DNA of 43,135 bases, from positions 20,420,411-20,463,545 of the forward strand of contig NC_069007.1 of assembly GCF_001194135.2 (NCBI RefSeq). The letters are read 5' to 3'. The DNA comes from Octopus bimaculoides. Taxonomy: Eukaryota. Position 1 is the first letter of the stretch. Every line of letters starts with the position of its first letter. The notes beneath the pieces were generated by a model. The model saw only the letters and a program-made list of their open reading frames with translations, was not told where the DNA came from and searched no databases. Both the position numbers and the translations under genes were made by a program. Below are positions 41,488 through 43,135 of the stretch, piece by piece.

Positions 41488-42417
41488 ATTAACTCTGGAG
41501 AAGTTCTAACGTCTGTGGTTATAATCTATTATAGTTCAGTTTCTTCTTTTATGAAAAGCATGGGACTTTGTCTACAGGTGGAAAAGATATGCAATGTAGA
41601 TATATCGGTCTTTGCCTTTCCCTTGGATAACATCGGTGGCTGGTTTGCATGAAGATATTCTGGTGGAATCAGTATTTTTGTGTCATACGTTGTACTGGAA
41701 CATTCAGCATAACTGTAAAGAGAGGAAATATACGACTGTAAAAGATAGAGGTTGGAGGGAACGAATGAGTTTGATGCATTTAAAAACTTAATCTAGTATT
41801 TAGTAGAAATGCCTTGTACAGTTTTTTTAACGACTTATACCATTCGAGCACTGTGCTTATAAACTGTGTCTCCGCAGATAAAACGATGTTATGAGAGCTG
41901 TCGATTTAGTTTCGAGATGTCTGTGTAAACATAGTATAAAAGTTTACAATGTTAATATGAACAATAAGTACTTTAGATTCAAATAACCCCTAAAATGCCA
42001 AGAAAGCTAAATGCCTGTTAGTTGATGATTAACCCTCATGAGACACCCGGGCCGACTGATTGGCCCAAGTGATAGATACATGCTGAAAGGACTTTCAGGC
42101 CGATCCATCCACCCGATGAAACAAACGTTTCGAAGTGTAATAACCAATTAGAGATCGTCTTTAAGTAGATATAATATAAAATTATACAACATCTATAGTC
42201 TTAAATAGAAATTGAAGAGTTTTATTGCATTTTATACATTATTTTTTACGTGCACCCATCAGTTTCAGTTTCAACAGAGAACATATTTTGGTCTCTTTGG
42301 CTACCAAAATACCGTGCGTCTCCAAAGTGTCTTTTAAAAACATTTCCGTTGTCTGGTAGAGCGAGTAACAAGCAATTGACGATGTAACATAGTTTATTAT
42401 GAAAATAAAATAATAAA

Positions 42418-42835
42418 ATATTTAATCACCCAAGTGATGGAACACCGACCCTATTACATTATATCAATCGATTTAAGTTGAATATAAGCATCGTCGTTCA
42501 CCTTAACATGAGTTAATTACAACACTTAATATAATTAAATTACCTGAAATACACCAAGGTGGTCCAGTCGTTGGTAATTGTTCTCTTGTTTCAATGATCG
42601 TAACCAGTGATATGAGTTAAATGTCCCTAACATAATTTAATACAGTCACAAACACCTCTCAAACCGATCGTAAATCAAAGATACATCGCTAAATAAAAAT
42701 AAAGGACAGTAGTTTCGGGGATTGGGTAAATCGATGACATCGACAACACTGATCAATTGAGGAAATGTGACAAAACGGCGTAATTCATATGGGAAATACA
42801 AAAAGTTAACTCGGCTTATCTGAAACGAATATGTA
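42418..42835 (-). promoter_or_regulatory. Conserved 5' module of ZI
   Basis: Reverse-complement copy: AGTTAACT 42804; TATTAAA 42642-42636; donor 42544/42543; acceptor 41713/41712. Confidence 0.62.
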
Positions 42836-43135
42836 CAAAAGCATTTTTTTTTTTCTGTTCTTAAGACCGGATTTTAATTTCTGTGTTTTGAGTGTTAAAT
42901 ATTCCAGTGAGCAAGTAGAAAGCAAAAATTTCGAGAATTTTATATCTTTGTCTCTCCTCTTTTACACACACACACACACACTCAGCTACCTTTAGAAAAC
43001 ATAATTTTGTATAAAACCCAACAATCTCTTAAGCTTTATAAGAAAGACTATAAATTGATTTCTTCTTAAAGAATAATTACCATATTTACTCGTGTTCGAA
43101 TCACACTATTTTAAAGTAGATTTTCGATTTCGAGT

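Overview
AT-rich animal genomic DNA with 9 N-gaps, microsatellites, SINEs, RTE-type LINE relics and mariner/hAT relics. The repeat landscape and gene content suggest an octopod cephalopod (Octopus-like); this is an inference. The window is a dense cluster of ten C2H2 zinc-finger genes, labelled here Z0 and ZA-ZI, oriented - + + + + + + - + -. Each has its whole finger array (10 to about 15 fingers) in one exon behind a ~40-aa acidic leader, with no recognisable KRAB, SCAN, BTB or ZAD domain. Eight genes (ZB-ZI) share a 5' architecture: a palindromic AAGTTAACTT motif, a TATTAAA block with a short exon ending CAG|GTAATT, a ~0.8-1.9 kb intron with a conserved hairpin-like element, and a tandem acceptor. 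The terminal exon then carries a Cys-rich codon-like block and a 10-codon uORF (MDIIRQEIEP*) before the MEDGN start. Nearly all proteins end in the same four-finger cassette while the middle fingers diverge, giving a variable-plus-constant design. ZB-ZE are recent ~4-4.5 kb tandem duplicates that are mosaics of one another. Large C2H2 clusters in octopus are known; the shared uORF/leader architecture and constant cassette are the most novel-looking signals, and they are hypotheses from sequence alone.
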